Assembly (NCBI GenBank): GCA_963702005.1 | Contig: OY969696.1 | Location: forward strand, 4,192,001-4,256,000 | From: Candidatus Aminicenantes bacterium | Lineage (GTDB): Bacteria > Acidobacteriota > Aminicenantia > Aminicenantales > JAFGBC01 | DNA: 64,000 bases | Direction: 5' to 3' | Shown here: one piece after another, positions 38,638 through 48,725 of the stretch | How positions within the stretch are numbered: position 1 is the stretch's first letter | Layout: every line of letters starts with the position of its first letter | Translations under genes and position numbers: made by a program | The notes under the pieces: generated by a model | What the model was told of the DNA's origin: nothing | The model's input: only the letters and a program-made list of their open reading frames with translations | The model's database searches: none

Positions 38638-39156
38638 TTGGCTTTCAAGATCCAAAAAACTCAATCCATCATCAAAAAGCACAAGGGCCTTAAGAAGAAC
38701 CTGATCGCGATCCTGCTTGACGTCCAAACCGAGCACAAGTATCTGCCGCCGGAGGCCCTCCGTTATGTCGCCCAAGCGCTGGACATGCCCCTGATCGAGG
38801 TCATCGGTGTCGCAACATTCTACCGGGCCTTCAGCCTCACCCCGCGCGGCGAGCACACCTGCTTGATCTGCCTGGGGACGGCCTGTCATGTCCGGGGGGG
38901 ACCCAAGATCCTCGAGGAATTCGAACGGAAGCTCGAGGTCGAACCCGGCCAGACGACCAAGGACGGTCAGTTCACGCTGGAGACCGTCGCCTGCCTCGGC
39001 TGCTGCGCGATCGGCCCCGTCGTCGTCGTCGACGGAGAATACCACGGCCACGCCACGATCCGGAAGGTCAGCAAGATCCTGGAGAAATATCGGAAGCCGG
39101 AAGCGCCCCCGGCCAAGCCGCAGAAATCGAGTCCGGCCAAGAGCCTAGCGTCATGA
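38638..39156 (+). CDS. NuoE/HydC/HndA-like [2Fe-2S] subunit
   Basis: VATFY, CLGTACHVRG, CLGCCAIGP. Confidence 0.9.
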   Translation: MAFKIQKTQSIIKKHKGLKKNLIAILLDVQTEHKYLPPEALRYVAQALDMPLIEVIGVATFYRAFSLTPRGEHTCLICLGTACHVRGGPKILEEFERKLEVEPGQTTKDGQFTLETVACLGCCAIGPVVVVDGEYHGHATIRKVSKILEKYRKPEAPPAKPQKSSPAKSLAS

Positions 39157-39656
39157 GGAGGATCACAAGAACCATGCCAGTCAAAAAGTCTATTAAAATG
39201 AAGGACAAACCCAAAGCCGAGAAAAGGACTCCGAAAGCCACGGCCGTCCGGAAGGCGCGGCCGGTGGTCGAGAAGAAGAAACTCCGCATCCAGGATTTGG
39301 AAAGAATCCGGGAGAAAGCGCGGGCCACGGCCACGATCCGGGGCAGCGAGGGCCGGGCCAAGGTCACGGTCCACATGGGCACCTGCGGGATCGCCGCCGG
39401 CGCCCGCGATATCATGGACGCGCTCCTGGATGAAATGAAGGCCAAGGACGTCAAGGACGTCATCGTGACGACCTCGGGCTGCGCCGGGCTCTGCAACCGC
39501 GAGCCGATGGCCACGGTCGAGCTCAAGGACCAGCCGCCCGTGAAGTACGTCGACCTGACGCCCGACAAGATCCGCAAGATCCTGGTCGAGCACGCCCTGG
39601 GCGGCCATCCCGTCGTCGCCTACGCCCTGGCCATCGGAAGCGAAACCGCGTACTGA
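39153..39656 (+). CDS. HndB/HydD-like thioredoxin-fold ferredoxin
   Basis: VHMGTCGIAAGAR, SGCAGLCNREP. Confidence 0.85.
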   Translation: MRRITRTMPVKKSIKMKDKPKAEKRTPKATAVRKARPVVEKKKLRIQDLERIREKARATATIRGSEGRAKVTVHMGTCGIAAGARDIMDALLDEMKAKDVKDVIVTTSGCAGLCNREPMATVELKDQPPVKYVDLTPDKIRKILVEHALGGHPVVAYALAIGSETAY

Positions 39657-39665
39657 GAGGGATCC

Positions 39666-41483
39666 TTGAAACAACATCGAACTCACCTACTCGTATGCGC
39701 CGGGACGGGGTGCGTGTCCTGCGGATCCTTCAAGATCAAGGAGGCCCTCGAAAAGGAAATCCGAAAACGGGACCTCCAGGACGAGGTCCTCGTCATCGCC
39801 ACCGGCTGCAACGGATTCTGCGAGAGGGGCCCCATCCTGCTCGTCCAGCCGGACGGAATCTTCTACCAGCAGCTCAAGCTCGAGGACATTCCCCATCTCG
39901 TCGAAGAGCACTTCCTCAAGGGACGTCCCGTCAAGAAGCTGATGTACGTCCCGCCCGCCAAGAAAGAGCCGATCCCCAAGATGAAGGACATCGAGTTCTT
40001 CAAGCACCAGCGGCTCATCGTCCTCCGCAACCGCGGACGGATCGACCCGGAGAAGATCGACGAATACATCGGCTTCGATGGCTATGAGGCCATGGCCAAG
40101 GCCCTAACCGAGATGACGCCCGAACAAATCATCGCCGAGATCACCGCGTCCGGGTTGCGAGGCCGGGGCGGCGCCGGCTTCCCGACCGGCAAGAAATGGG
40201 AGACCTGCCGCCGCGAGAAGGCGACCCCCAAATACCTCATCTGCAACGGCGACGAGGGTGATCCGGGCGCGTTCATGGACCGCTCCGTCCTCGAGGCGGA
40301 CCCCCACGCCATCCTGGAGGGGATGGTCATCGGGGCCAAGGCGATCGGGGCCGGGAAAGGCTTCATCTACATCCGGAACGAATACCCCCTGGCCCTCCAG
40401 CGGGTCGAGATCGCCATCGGCCAGGCCAGGGACTACGGTCTGCTCGGGAAGGACATCCTGGGAACCGGATTCGCCTTCGATATCGAGATCGTCCAGGGCG
40501 CGGGCGCCTTCGTCTCCGGAGAGGAGACCGCCCTGATGGCCTCGGTCGAGGGGCGGATCGCTACCCCCCGTCAAAGGCCGCCCTTTCCCTCCCGGCAGGG
40601 CCTGTGGAAAAAGCCGACCACGATCAACAACGTCGAAACCTGGGCGACCGTCCCCAACATCATCCGGCGCGGCGCCAAATGGTTCGCCGGCCTCGGCACG
40701 GCGGCGAGCAAGGGAACGAAAATTTTCTCCCTGGTCGGCAAGATCAACAACACGGGCCTGGTCGAGGTCCCGATGGGGATCACCCTCCGGGACATCGTCT
40801 ACGGTATCGGCGGCGGCGTTCCCGGCGGCCGCGAGTTCAAGGCCATCCAGATCGGCGGGCCTTCGGGCGGCTGCATACCCCGCAAGCTCCTGGACCTCCC
40901 CGTCGACTACGAAAGCCTGACCGAGGCCGGGGCTATGATGGGGTCGGGCGGCATGATCGTCATGGACGACAGGACCTGCATGGTCGACATCGCCAAGTAC
41001 TTCATGAATTTCCTGCGCGATGAATCCTGCGGGAAATGCGTCTCCTGCCGGGAAGGGACCCAACGGATGTGGGAGATCGTCAAGGACATCACGGAGGGCA
41101 AGGGCAAGGAGAGCGACCTGGCCCTCCTGGAAGAGCTGGCCCAGACCTGCAAGGACGCCTCCCTGTGCGGCCTCGGCCAGACCGCGGCCAACCCCATCCT
41201 GTCGACGCTCCAGTATTTCCGCCATGAGTACGAAGCCCACATCACGGACAAGCGCTGTCCGGCCGGCGTCTGCCCGGCCCTCATCCGCTATCTGGTCATC
41301 GCCGAGAAGTGCACGGGCTGCCTAGCCTGCAAGAACGCCTGCCCAACCCAAGCCATCAAGGGGACGCGCTCGGACATCCATTCGATCGATCAGACGAAGT
41401 GCATCAAATGCGGCGCCTGCCTGGAAGCCTGCCGCTTCGACGCCATCGAAACGCGTCGCGACGAGGCCATTCAGATCATTTAA
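39666..41483 (+). CDS. NuoF/HydB/HndC-like FMN/NADH subunit, long form
   Basis: N-terminal CAGTGC/GCNGFC [2Fe-2S], GRGGAGFPTG, DEGDPGAFMDR, GGPSGG, ESCGKC..CREG, HI...CPAGVC, two C-terminal [4Fe-4S]. Confidence 0.93.
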   Translation: MKQHRTHLLVCAGTGCVSCGSFKIKEALEKEIRKRDLQDEVLVIATGCNGFCERGPILLVQPDGIFYQQLKLEDIPHLVEEHFLKGRPVKKLMYVPPAKKEPIPKMKDIEFFKHQRLIVLRNRGRIDPEKIDEYIGFDGYEAMAKALTEMTPEQIIAEITASGLRGRGGAGFPTGKKWETCRREKATPKYLICNGDEGDPGAFMDRSVLEADPHAILEGMVIGAKAIGAGKGFIYIRNEYPLALQRVEIAIGQARDYGLLGKDILGTGFAFDIEIVQGAGAFVSGEETALMASVEGRIATPRQRPPFPSRQGLWKKPTTINNVETWATVPNIIRRGAKWFAGLGTAASKGTKIFSLVGKINNTGLVEVPMGITLRDIVYGIGGGVPGGREFKAIQIGGPSGGCIPRKLLDLPVDYESLTEAGAMMGSGGMIVMDDRTCMVDIAKYFMNFLRDESCGKCVSCREGTQRMWEIVKDITEGKGKESDLALLEELAQTCKDASLCGLGQTAANPILSTLQYFRHEYEAHITDKRCPAGVCPALIRYLVIAEKCTGCLACKNACPTQAIKGTRSDIHSIDQTKCIKCGACLEACRFDAIETRRDEAIQII

Positions 41484-41491
41484 GAGGGACC

Positions 41492-42184
41492 ATGATCACC
41501 TTTCGCATGAACAACATGATGGTCCAGGCCGAGGAAGGCTGGACAATCCTCGAGACGTCCAAATTTTACGGCCTGGAGATTCCGACCCTTTGCTACCACG
41601 AGGGGCTGACGCCCTGGGGCGGCTGCCGCCTGTGCGTCGTCGAGATCGGCGAAGGCCCCAAGACCAAGCTCGCCTCCTCCTGCACCTACCCGGCCGAGGA
41701 GGGCATCGTCGTCCGCACGGACACCAAGCGGGTTTGGGCAGCCCGGCGGATGATGGTCGAGCTCATGCTTGCCATGGCGCCGGGCTCGAAGCAGCTCCAG
41801 GACCTCGCCTCCCAGTTCGGGGTCACCCAGGTCCGCTTCAAGCCCAAGAACGAGGAGTGCATCCTGTGCGGGCTGTGCGTCCGGATGTGCGCGGAGCAGA
41901 TGGACGGCCGGGCGATCGGGTTCCAGAACCGGGGCCACCGGCGGAAGATTTCGACGCCGTTCGACATCCGCTCCGAGGAGTGCCGCCTGTGCGGAGCCTG
42001 CATCTACATTTGCCCGGCCTGTCAGCTCCGCTGCCAGGGCCCCCAGGCCGAGACGGTCCTCTGCAACGGCTGTCTGACGATGGACCCGACCTGTCTGGAC
42101 CACTTCGACGACCTCCAATGCTGGATGTATGACGCCGGGCGGTGCGGAACGTGCGTCCGCGAAAAACCGACGGCGGGGAAATGA
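41492..42184 (+). CDS. Short NuoG/HydA N-terminal-like FeS subunit with no catalytic domain
   Basis: IPTLC...CRLCVVE...SC [2Fe-2S], CILCGLCVRMC, CRLCGACIYICP and a Cys-rich tail; no H-cluster or Mo/W domain. Confidence 0.85.
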   Translation: MITFRMNNMMVQAEEGWTILETSKFYGLEIPTLCYHEGLTPWGGCRLCVVEIGEGPKTKLASSCTYPAEEGIVVRTDTKRVWAARRMMVELMLAMAPGSKQLQDLASQFGVTQVRFKPKNEECILCGLCVRMCAEQMDGRAIGFQNRGHRRKISTPFDIRSEECRLCGACIYICPACQLRCQGPQAETVLCNGCLTMDPTCLDHFDDLQCWMYDAGRCGTCVREKPTAGK

Positions 42185-42260
42185 ACCGGAGAACGGCTCA
42201 GCCACTTCCATGAACCGGATGACCGATAGACAAATCAGGAACTAACAAGGAGGAACGGAC

Positions 42261-43841
42261 ATGTCTTACACGAAGCTCAATCGAAGCGCGGCGACCCTGA
42301 CCAAGAACAGAACCAAGGGATCGATCAGCCCCTTCAGCGGGATGTGCGTGACCTGTGTGGACGGCTGCATCGGGATGTGCGAGATCGGGAAATCCGCCTA
42401 CCGCGGGACCGAGGTCCTTTATCCCCAGCCGTTCGGCCTGATCACGGCCGCCAGCGAAAAGGACTACCCGGTCGACCTGTCCCACTTCAGCATCATGGGC
42501 ACGGCCGCCGGCGCCTACGGCGTCGAGGCCGACAGCGACAAGGCGACCTTCGAGAAGGTCACGACCGAAACCCGGATCGGCCGCGACAAGGGGATCAAGC
42601 TCCGGCTCCCGTTCGTCCTCGCCGGGATGGGATCGACGAACATCGCCCGGCAGAACTGGACCGGGCTGGCCGCCGGCACGGCCATCTCGGGCTGCATCCT
42701 GACCATCGGCGAGAACGTCTGCGGCATGGACGAGGGAACCGAGATCCGCAACGGCCGGGTCGTCCGCTCGCCCGACATGGAGTTCCGGATCAAGAGCTTC
42801 ACGGACTGGCGGGACCAGGGCTACGGGGCCGTCGTCGTCCAGGCCAACGTCGAGGATACCCGGCTCGGCGTCCAGGAATACGTCATCGAGAAATTGGGCA
42901 TCGAGATCGTCGAGCTCAAGTGGGGGCAGGGCGCCAAGGACATCGGCGGCGAGGTCAAGATCAAGAACCTCAAGAAGGCCCAGCAGCTCAAGAGCCGCGG
43001 CTACATTGTCCTTCCCGACCCCGATGATCCGAACATCATCGCGGCCTTCGAGAAAGGAAGCTTCAAGGAGTTCGAACGACACTCCCGCCTCGGCATGGTC
43101 GAGGAGGAAGGTTTCTACAAACGGGTCGAGGAGCTCCGCAAGGCCGGCGCCAAGTACGTCTTCCTCAAGACGGGCGCCTATCGGCCGGCCGACCTGGCCC
43201 GGGCCGTCAAGTTCGCCTCCAAGGCCAAGATCGACATGCTGACCGTGGACGGCGCCGGAGGCGGAACGGGCATGAGCCCCTGGCGGATGATGAACGAATG
43301 GGGCGTCCCCGTCGTGGAGATCTGGAGCCTGACCTACAAATACGCCCATCAACTCGCCCAAGCCGGCGAGTACGTTCCGGACATCATCCTGGCCGGCGGC
43401 GTGACCTTCGAGGACCAGATCTTCAAGGGCCTCGCCCTGGGCGCGCCCTACGTCAAGGGCGTCGGCATGGCCCGCAGCCCGATGGCGGCGGCCATGGTCG
43501 GCAAGACGATCGGCAAGCGGATCGACGAGGGCCAGATTCCGGTCTACATCGAACGGTTCGGCAACTCGGTCGACGAGATCTTCATCACCGGGCCTGATCT
43601 CAAGCGGAAGTACAAGGACCGCTTCAAGGACCTCCCGACCGGCGCTATCGGCGTCTACACCTACTTCCACCGCCTCAGCCAGGGCCTGCGCCAGCTCATG
43701 GCCGGCGCCCGCAAGTTCGCGCTCCACTACATCACCCGGGACGACATCGCCTCCCTGACCAAGGACGCCGCGAACATCTCGGGCATTCCCTACATCCTGG
43801 ACGTCGACAAGGACGAGGTGGCCAAGATCCTCAAGGGCTGA
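42261..43841 (+). CDS. Stand-alone FMN-binding glutamate synthase family protein (GltB2-like)
   Basis: ELKWGQGAK..GGE, LTVDGAGGGTG, LAGG, LALGA, and N-terminal CVTCVDGCIGMC. Confidence 0.85.
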   Translation: MSYTKLNRSAATLTKNRTKGSISPFSGMCVTCVDGCIGMCEIGKSAYRGTEVLYPQPFGLITAASEKDYPVDLSHFSIMGTAAGAYGVEADSDKATFEKVTTETRIGRDKGIKLRLPFVLAGMGSTNIARQNWTGLAAGTAISGCILTIGENVCGMDEGTEIRNGRVVRSPDMEFRIKSFTDWRDQGYGAVVVQANVEDTRLGVQEYVIEKLGIEIVELKWGQGAKDIGGEVKIKNLKKAQQLKSRGYIVLPDPDDPNIIAAFEKGSFKEFERHSRLGMVEEEGFYKRVEELRKAGAKYVFLKTGAYRPADLARAVKFASKAKIDMLTVDGAGGGTGMSPWRMMNEWGVPVVEIWSLTYKYAHQLAQAGEYVPDIILAGGVTFEDQIFKGLALGAPYVKGVGMARSPMAAAMVGKTIGKRIDEGQIPVYIERFGNSVDEIFITGPDLKRKYKDRFKDLPTGAIGVYTYFHRLSQGLRQLMAGARKFALHYITRDDIASLTKDAANISGIPYILDVDKDEVAKILKG

Positions 43842-45306
43842 GCGTGAAGGACCGCTCCTGCCAGCACGAAGCATGGCCGTTGGGGTCCATGCTCGAAACG
43901 ACGTAAAAGTAGGGGACGCCGGTCCGCAGGCCGCGGAGCTCGACGGCATGCGGGAGCGTAAAGGTCCGGCTGTAGGACGATAGACTCGAGAGGAAGCCGG
44001 ACTTGGTCCCATAAATGACGACGCCGTCGCAGGGCTTGTCCGTGGTCCACTCGATCGAGGCTAAATCCCCGCGCAGGACGTGACGGATGCCCGATAGGAC
44101 GGGGTTTGCGGGTTTTTCCTGGTAATGATCGTCAATGAGCTTGAACGCTTTCTTCAACTGCTCGAAGCACTTGTTGGGCTGGGTAGCGGTGGCATAGACG
44201 TCTTGGTCCTTGTTCCAGCCCAAGCCGTGAAGTTCGAACTCGACGATCAGCTCGGCGATCGCCTCGGGATTATTGGCCTCGCCGCACCGGCTCTGCAGGC
44301 CGGCGATCTGCCCGTAGAGGGGGATGCCGGCCGCCCGGCAGCGGTCCGCCAACTGTTTCAGGAATTCCCGGCGCACTTTGATCCCAAGGCCCGCGTACTG
44401 GGCGACCAGGCCGAGCTCCCGGCATTTCTCGATCAGCCAAAAATTCCTGGCCATCTGTCTCAAGGCGGGATGGACCTTGCCTTTATGGATGAAGTCCTCC
44501 CGGTGGGCGTCCGCGTCGTCCGAGCCGGCGGGATAGACGACGAGCTTCTGATGGGGCTTGAGGCGAGGGAGGATCGTCTGGATGGTCCACAGGACGAATT
44601 CGTCCTTGACGTCCCGGTACCAATCGATGAAGTCGGCGCGGCTGGACGTCGTCAACGACTTGAAACGGGCGGGCTCGGGGACTTCGACCTCGCCGAACGT
44701 CCCGTAGCCGGTTCCCCAGGCTGCGTTCAGCGCCGAGACATCCCGCCCATATTTCTCTTGCATCCGGGCCCGAAAATCCGCGCGGGCCAGCGGATCGTAG
44801 CACCAGAAATACTTGGGGTCGGGATAGTTGGGCTCATTATGCCGCCCCATCGAGGCCTTGACGAACAGGATCAACGGGGCCCATTTGTCGAGGCACAGAG
44901 AAAAGCATCGGTCGATAAACTTTGCCGTCTGGGGCTTGAGCTGGGGATGCCAAAGGCTGATGGGCGCGGATTGAACCCGATCCGGGAGCGGCTCTCCGAC
45001 GGGCTCGTTCCGTTCGTTCAAGTGCCGGGCGTCGGGATACTTCTCCCAGAACCATTTCGGAGCCATCAGGGAGCAAAGCGTGATGTCCAGCCTCAAGCCC
45101 GTGGCGGCGATGGTCGAGATGATATCATCGAAATAGGAGAAATCGAACCTCCCCTCTTCCTTCTCGACCTCGCTCCAGGGAATCCAGAGCCGGACGAACC
45201 TGGCCCCGATGGCCTTGAGGTCCTCCATCCGTCGCCGCAGGGCCGGAAAATTCCTCTTGATAAAATAATACCAAGCCCCCGCCGAATTCCTGGGTGCGAC
45301 CATCAT
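43831..45306 (-). CDS. GH42/GH14-like TIM-barrel glycoside hydrolase with C-terminal Fn3-like domain
   Basis: VRLWIPWSEVEKEEGRFDFS, PKWF, HNEP, FRARMQEKYG...LNAAWGT. Confidence 0.7.
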   Translation of the reverse strand: MMVAPRNSAGAWYYFIKRNFPALRRRMEDLKAIGARFVRLWIPWSEVEKEEGRFDFSYFDDIISTIAATGLRLDITLCSLMAPKWFWEKYPDARHLNERNEPVGEPLPDRVQSAPISLWHPQLKPQTAKFIDRCFSLCLDKWAPLILFVKASMGRHNEPNYPDPKYFWCYDPLARADFRARMQEKYGRDVSALNAAWGTGYGTFGEVEVPEPARFKSLTTSSRADFIDWYRDVKDEFVLWTIQTILPRLKPHQKLVVYPAGSDDADAHREDFIHKGKVHPALRQMARNFWLIEKCRELGLVAQYAGLGIKVRREFLKQLADRCRAAGIPLYGQIAGLQSRCGEANNPEAIAELIVEFELHGLGWNKDQDVYATATQPNKCFEQLKKAFKLIDDHYQEKPANPVLSGIRHVLRGDLASIEWTTDKPCDGVVIYGTKSGFLSSLSSYSRTFTLPHAVELRGLRTGVPYFYVVSSMDPNGHASCWQERSFTLSP

Positions 45307-45485
45307 GTTCGTTCCCCCCTTTATTCCCTTCGAAACATTCTTATTTTATACCCAAACCGGCGCCAAATGCACGGGCTTCCGAGAAGAAAGAGAGCTTTTC
45401 CGTTCGTATAACAAGAAGGCTTTAAAAGCCCGCGCGCCCTTTCTTCTTGGCTTCCGATATGCTATAAATAGCGAGGATTTAAGCT

Positions 45486-46166
45486 ATGGGTATCGTCAAC
45501 ATCGTCATCAGCCTGTTCGTCCTGCTGTTCGCCATCACCGTCCATGAGGCGTCCCACGCTTGGACCGCCAACAAGTTCGGCGACCCGACGGCGGCGGCCT
45601 TGGGCCGGGCCTCCCTCAATCCCCTCGCCCACATCGATCCGATCGGGACCATCCTCCTCCCCATCCTCCTCGTCCTGATCCGGGCGCCCGCCTTCGGCTG
45701 GGCCAAACCCGTTCCCGTCAACCCTTACAACCTCCGCGACCCGCGCCGCGACAACATCTGGATCTCGGCCGCCGGCCCGATATCAAACATAACCGTCGCC
45801 TTCATCTCCTTCGTGGCGATTCTCCTCCTCAAGGTCATCCGGCCGGGGGTCGTCGACTTCCTGCGGAATTTTCTGCTCGGCCAGGGGAGCCGCCCCCCCG
45901 GCATCTATCCGCTCGAGGGGCTGGCCCTCGTCCTTTTCTACGCCGTCCTGGTCAATACCTATCTGGCCGTCTTCAACCTCATCCCCGTCCCGCCCCTGGA
46001 CGGGAGCGGCGTCCTGATGGGGCTCCTGCCCTACGAGGCCGCCCAGCGCTTTGAACGAATCCGGCCCTTCGGCTTCATCATCGTCCTCCTCCTGATCTCG
46101 ATCGGGGTCCTGGACATCATCATCCGGCCGATCGAACTCCTCATTTTCGCCTTCATCTTCGGTTGA
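45486..46166 (+). CDS. Site-2 protease (M50)
   Basis: HEASH, AAGPISN, FNLIPVPPLDG. Confidence 0.92.
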   Translation: MGIVNIVISLFVLLFAITVHEASHAWTANKFGDPTAAALGRASLNPLAHIDPIGTILLPILLVLIRAPAFGWAKPVPVNPYNLRDPRRDNIWISAAGPISNITVAFISFVAILLLKVIRPGVVDFLRNFLLGQGSRPPGIYPLEGLALVLFYAVLVNTYLAVFNLIPVPPLDGSGVLMGLLPYEAAQRFERIRPFGFIIVLLLISIGVLDIIIRPIELLIFAFIFG

Positions 46167-46176
46167 GGGACAATTT

Positions 46177-47169
46177 ATGAACGGAGCAACCAAGAAGACC
46201 GTCCTGAGCGGCGTCCGGCCGACCGGCCCCGCCCACTTGGGAAACTACGTCGGCGCCTTCCGGAACTGGCTCCGCCTCCAGGACGAATACCGCTGCTTCT
46301 ATTCGATCGTGACCTGGCACGCCCTGACCTCGGAATACGCCAATTCGAAGGTCCTCAAGGGCTATACGTTGGAGGTCGCGACCGACCTCCTCAGCCTGGG
46401 TCTCGACCCCAAGAGGTGCGTCCTGTTCAACCAGTCCGAAGTCAAGGAGCACGCCGAGCTTCATCTCCTCCTGTCCATGATCGTCCCCCTGCCCTGGCTG
46501 GAGCGGGTCCCGACCTTCAAGGAACAGCAGGAGGAGCTGGCCGATAGGGACCTCAACACTTACGGATTCCTGGGCTACCCGCTCCTCCAGACGGCCGATA
46601 TCGTCATCTACAAGGCCGACATCGTCCCGGTCGGCGAGGACCAGGTCTATCACGTGGAGCTGGCCCGCGAGATCGTCCGCCGCTTCAACCGCCTCTATGC
46701 CCCGGTCTTCCCCGAGCCCCAAACCCTGCTGACCGAAATTCCCAAGCTGGCCGGCACCGACGGACGCAAGATGAGCAAATCCTACGGAAACGCCATCTAC
46801 CTCAAGGACACGGCCGAGGAGATCCGGCGCAAGATCGCGCCCATGGTCACCGACACCCGGCGCAAGCGCCGTTCCGACCCGGGCGAACCGGACGACTGCC
46901 CCGTCTTCACGCTCCATCGCGCCTTCGTCGAGGCCGCCAAGCGGGATGCGGTCGCCGCCGAGTGCCGCAAGGCGGGGATCGGCTGCCTTGAGTGCAAGAA
47001 CGTCGTCATCCAAGCCATCGTCGACCTTCTGACCCCCTACTGGGACAAGCGGGCCGACTTCGAAAGGAACCCGCGGGCCGTCTGGGACATTCTCGAGGAC
47101 GGAAACGCCCGGGCCCGCGAAGCCGCCCGGAAGACGATGGCCGAGGTCCGGGACGCCATCGGCATCTGA
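46177..47169 (+). CDS. trpS: Tryptophan--tRNA ligase
   Basis: SGVRPTG.AHLGNY, YPLLQTADI, VPVGEDQ, KMSKS. Confidence 0.96.
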   Translation: MNGATKKTVLSGVRPTGPAHLGNYVGAFRNWLRLQDEYRCFYSIVTWHALTSEYANSKVLKGYTLEVATDLLSLGLDPKRCVLFNQSEVKEHAELHLLLSMIVPLPWLERVPTFKEQQEELADRDLNTYGFLGYPLLQTADIVIYKADIVPVGEDQVYHVELAREIVRRFNRLYAPVFPEPQTLLTEIPKLAGTDGRKMSKSYGNAIYLKDTAEEIRRKIAPMVTDTRRKRRSDPGEPDDCPVFTLHRAFVEAAKRDAVAAECRKAGIGCLECKNVVIQAIVDLLTPYWDKRADFERNPRAVWDILEDGNARAREAARKTMAEVRDAIGI

Positions 47170-47173
47170 GGTC

Positions 47174-47935
47174 ATGGATACGGAATTCGCCGGGACAGCG
47201 GCCGGGGACGACTATCAGGTCCGGCTCGAAATCTTCCAGGGACCGCTCGACCTCCTCCTGTTCCTGATCCGCAAGAAGAAGATCAACATCCACGACATCC
47301 CGATGGCCGTCATCACCAGGGAGTACCTGGACTACCTCAACCGCAAGGAGCGGATCAACCTCGACCGCGAAGCCGAGTTCCTCCTTATCGCCGCCCTCCT
47401 CATCGCCATAAAAAGCCAGATGCTCCTTCCCCGCGAACAGCCCCTCGAGGACGAATCCGACCCGCGCCGCCAGCTCGTCCACCGCCTCCTCGACTATGAG
47501 AAGATCAAGGCCGCCTGCGAACTTCTCAGGGACCGGGAGGAGGAGCAGCTCCAGGTCTGGCGGAGGACGGGCCTCCCGCCCTTCATCGCCGAGGGGGAGG
47601 AGCTCGAAACCCTCGACGTCTCGCTCTTCGACCTGGCCGAGGCCTTTTTCGCCCTCCTCCAGCGCAAGGCCCGCGAGGACTACCGGGTCCTCAAGGCCAA
47701 AGAGGTCTCGCTCGAGGACAAGATGAAGGAAATTCTGACCATCCTGGGCGAGCACGATTATCTTGACTTTCTCGATTACCTGGATCGCCAGGAGTCGGTC
47801 GAGGAGGCTCTGATCGCCTTCTTCTGCCTCCTCGAACTCCTCAAGGCCCGGCTCGTCTTCGCCGTCCAGGAGTCCCTCTTCCACACCATCAAGGTCTGGC
47901 TCCGCAAGGACGCCGCCGTCGCGAGGACGCCGTGA
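47174..47935 (+). CDS. scpA: Segregation and condensation protein A
   Basis: FQGPLDLLLFLI, IKSQMLLP, LLEL. Confidence 0.92.
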   Translation: MDTEFAGTAAGDDYQVRLEIFQGPLDLLLFLIRKKKINIHDIPMAVITREYLDYLNRKERINLDREAEFLLIAALLIAIKSQMLLPREQPLEDESDPRRQLVHRLLDYEKIKAACELLRDREEEQLQVWRRTGLPPFIAEGEELETLDVSLFDLAEAFFALLQRKAREDYRVLKAKEVSLEDKMKEILTILGEHDYLDFLDYLDRQESVEEALIAFFCLLELLKARLVFAVQESLFHTIKVWLRKDAAVARTP

Positions 47936-48672
47936 TCGAACGACTCAAGGATATCATCGAAGCCCTGATCTTCATCTCGATCGAGCCGCTCGGCCTCGAG
48001 CAGCTCAAGCTCATCCTCCAGGAGTTCGCGCCGGCCGATATCGAACGGGCCCTCGAGGATCTCCTCCGGGACCAGGAAAGCGGACGGGGCGGCATCCGGG
48101 TTCAGATGACGGCCGGCGGCTACATCTTCGCGACCCGGCCCGACTTCGACTCCTGGGTGCGGCGGCTCCTCAGCATCGAGCGCAAGACGAAGCTGTCGAT
48201 GGCCTCGCTCGAGACGCTCTCGACGGTCGCCTACCATCAGCCGATCACCCAGGCCGAGATCTCGGCCCTGCGCGGCGTCGACGCGACCTACACCCTCAAG
48301 ACGCTCCTCCACAAGAAGCTCATCAAGATCGCGGGCCGCAAGAAGGCCCCCGGCAGCCCTCTCATCTATCGGACGACGGACAAATTCCTGGAGTACTTCG
48401 GCCTCAACGGCCTCGAAGACCTGCCCAAGGAAGAGGAGATTTCCAAGCTGCTCGAAGCGGACCGCATGGAGCCGCTCGAAGACGAGCCGGCCGACCGGGA
48501 ATTCGATTTGGCCGCGCCGGCCGCGCAGGCGGCGGCGGAAACGAACACGATCGTTCCGGAGGAAGCGCCCGTTCCAAGCGAGGACTCGGCTCCGGAGACG
48601 CCCTTGCCAAGCGGCGAGGGACAGGACGCGGATGACAGGCCGCCCGGCGGAACCCCGGACGGGAAATCCTGA
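47932..48672 (+). CDS. scpB: Segregation and condensation protein B
   Basis: IEALIF, LETLSTVAYHQPIT, YRTTDKFLEYFGL. Confidence 0.93.
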   Translation: MIERLKDIIEALIFISIEPLGLEQLKLILQEFAPADIERALEDLLRDQESGRGGIRVQMTAGGYIFATRPDFDSWVRRLLSIERKTKLSMASLETLSTVAYHQPITQAEISALRGVDATYTLKTLLHKKLIKIAGRKKAPGSPLIYRTTDKFLEYFGLNGLEDLPKEEEISKLLEADRMEPLEDEPADREFDLAAPAAQAAAETNTIVPEEAPVPSEDSAPETPLPSGEGQDADDRPPGGTPDGKS

Positions 48673-48725
48673 CCGGCCGGCCGCGCCGGACCGCCGCTAA
48701 CTCCCGATTCCACCTATATTTAGGA

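Noticed and set aside
38638-42184. Respiratory complex I (nuoEFG)
   Set aside because: No membrane nuo subunits are present. The HndB-like gene and long NuoF indicate a soluble Hyd/Hnd-type module.
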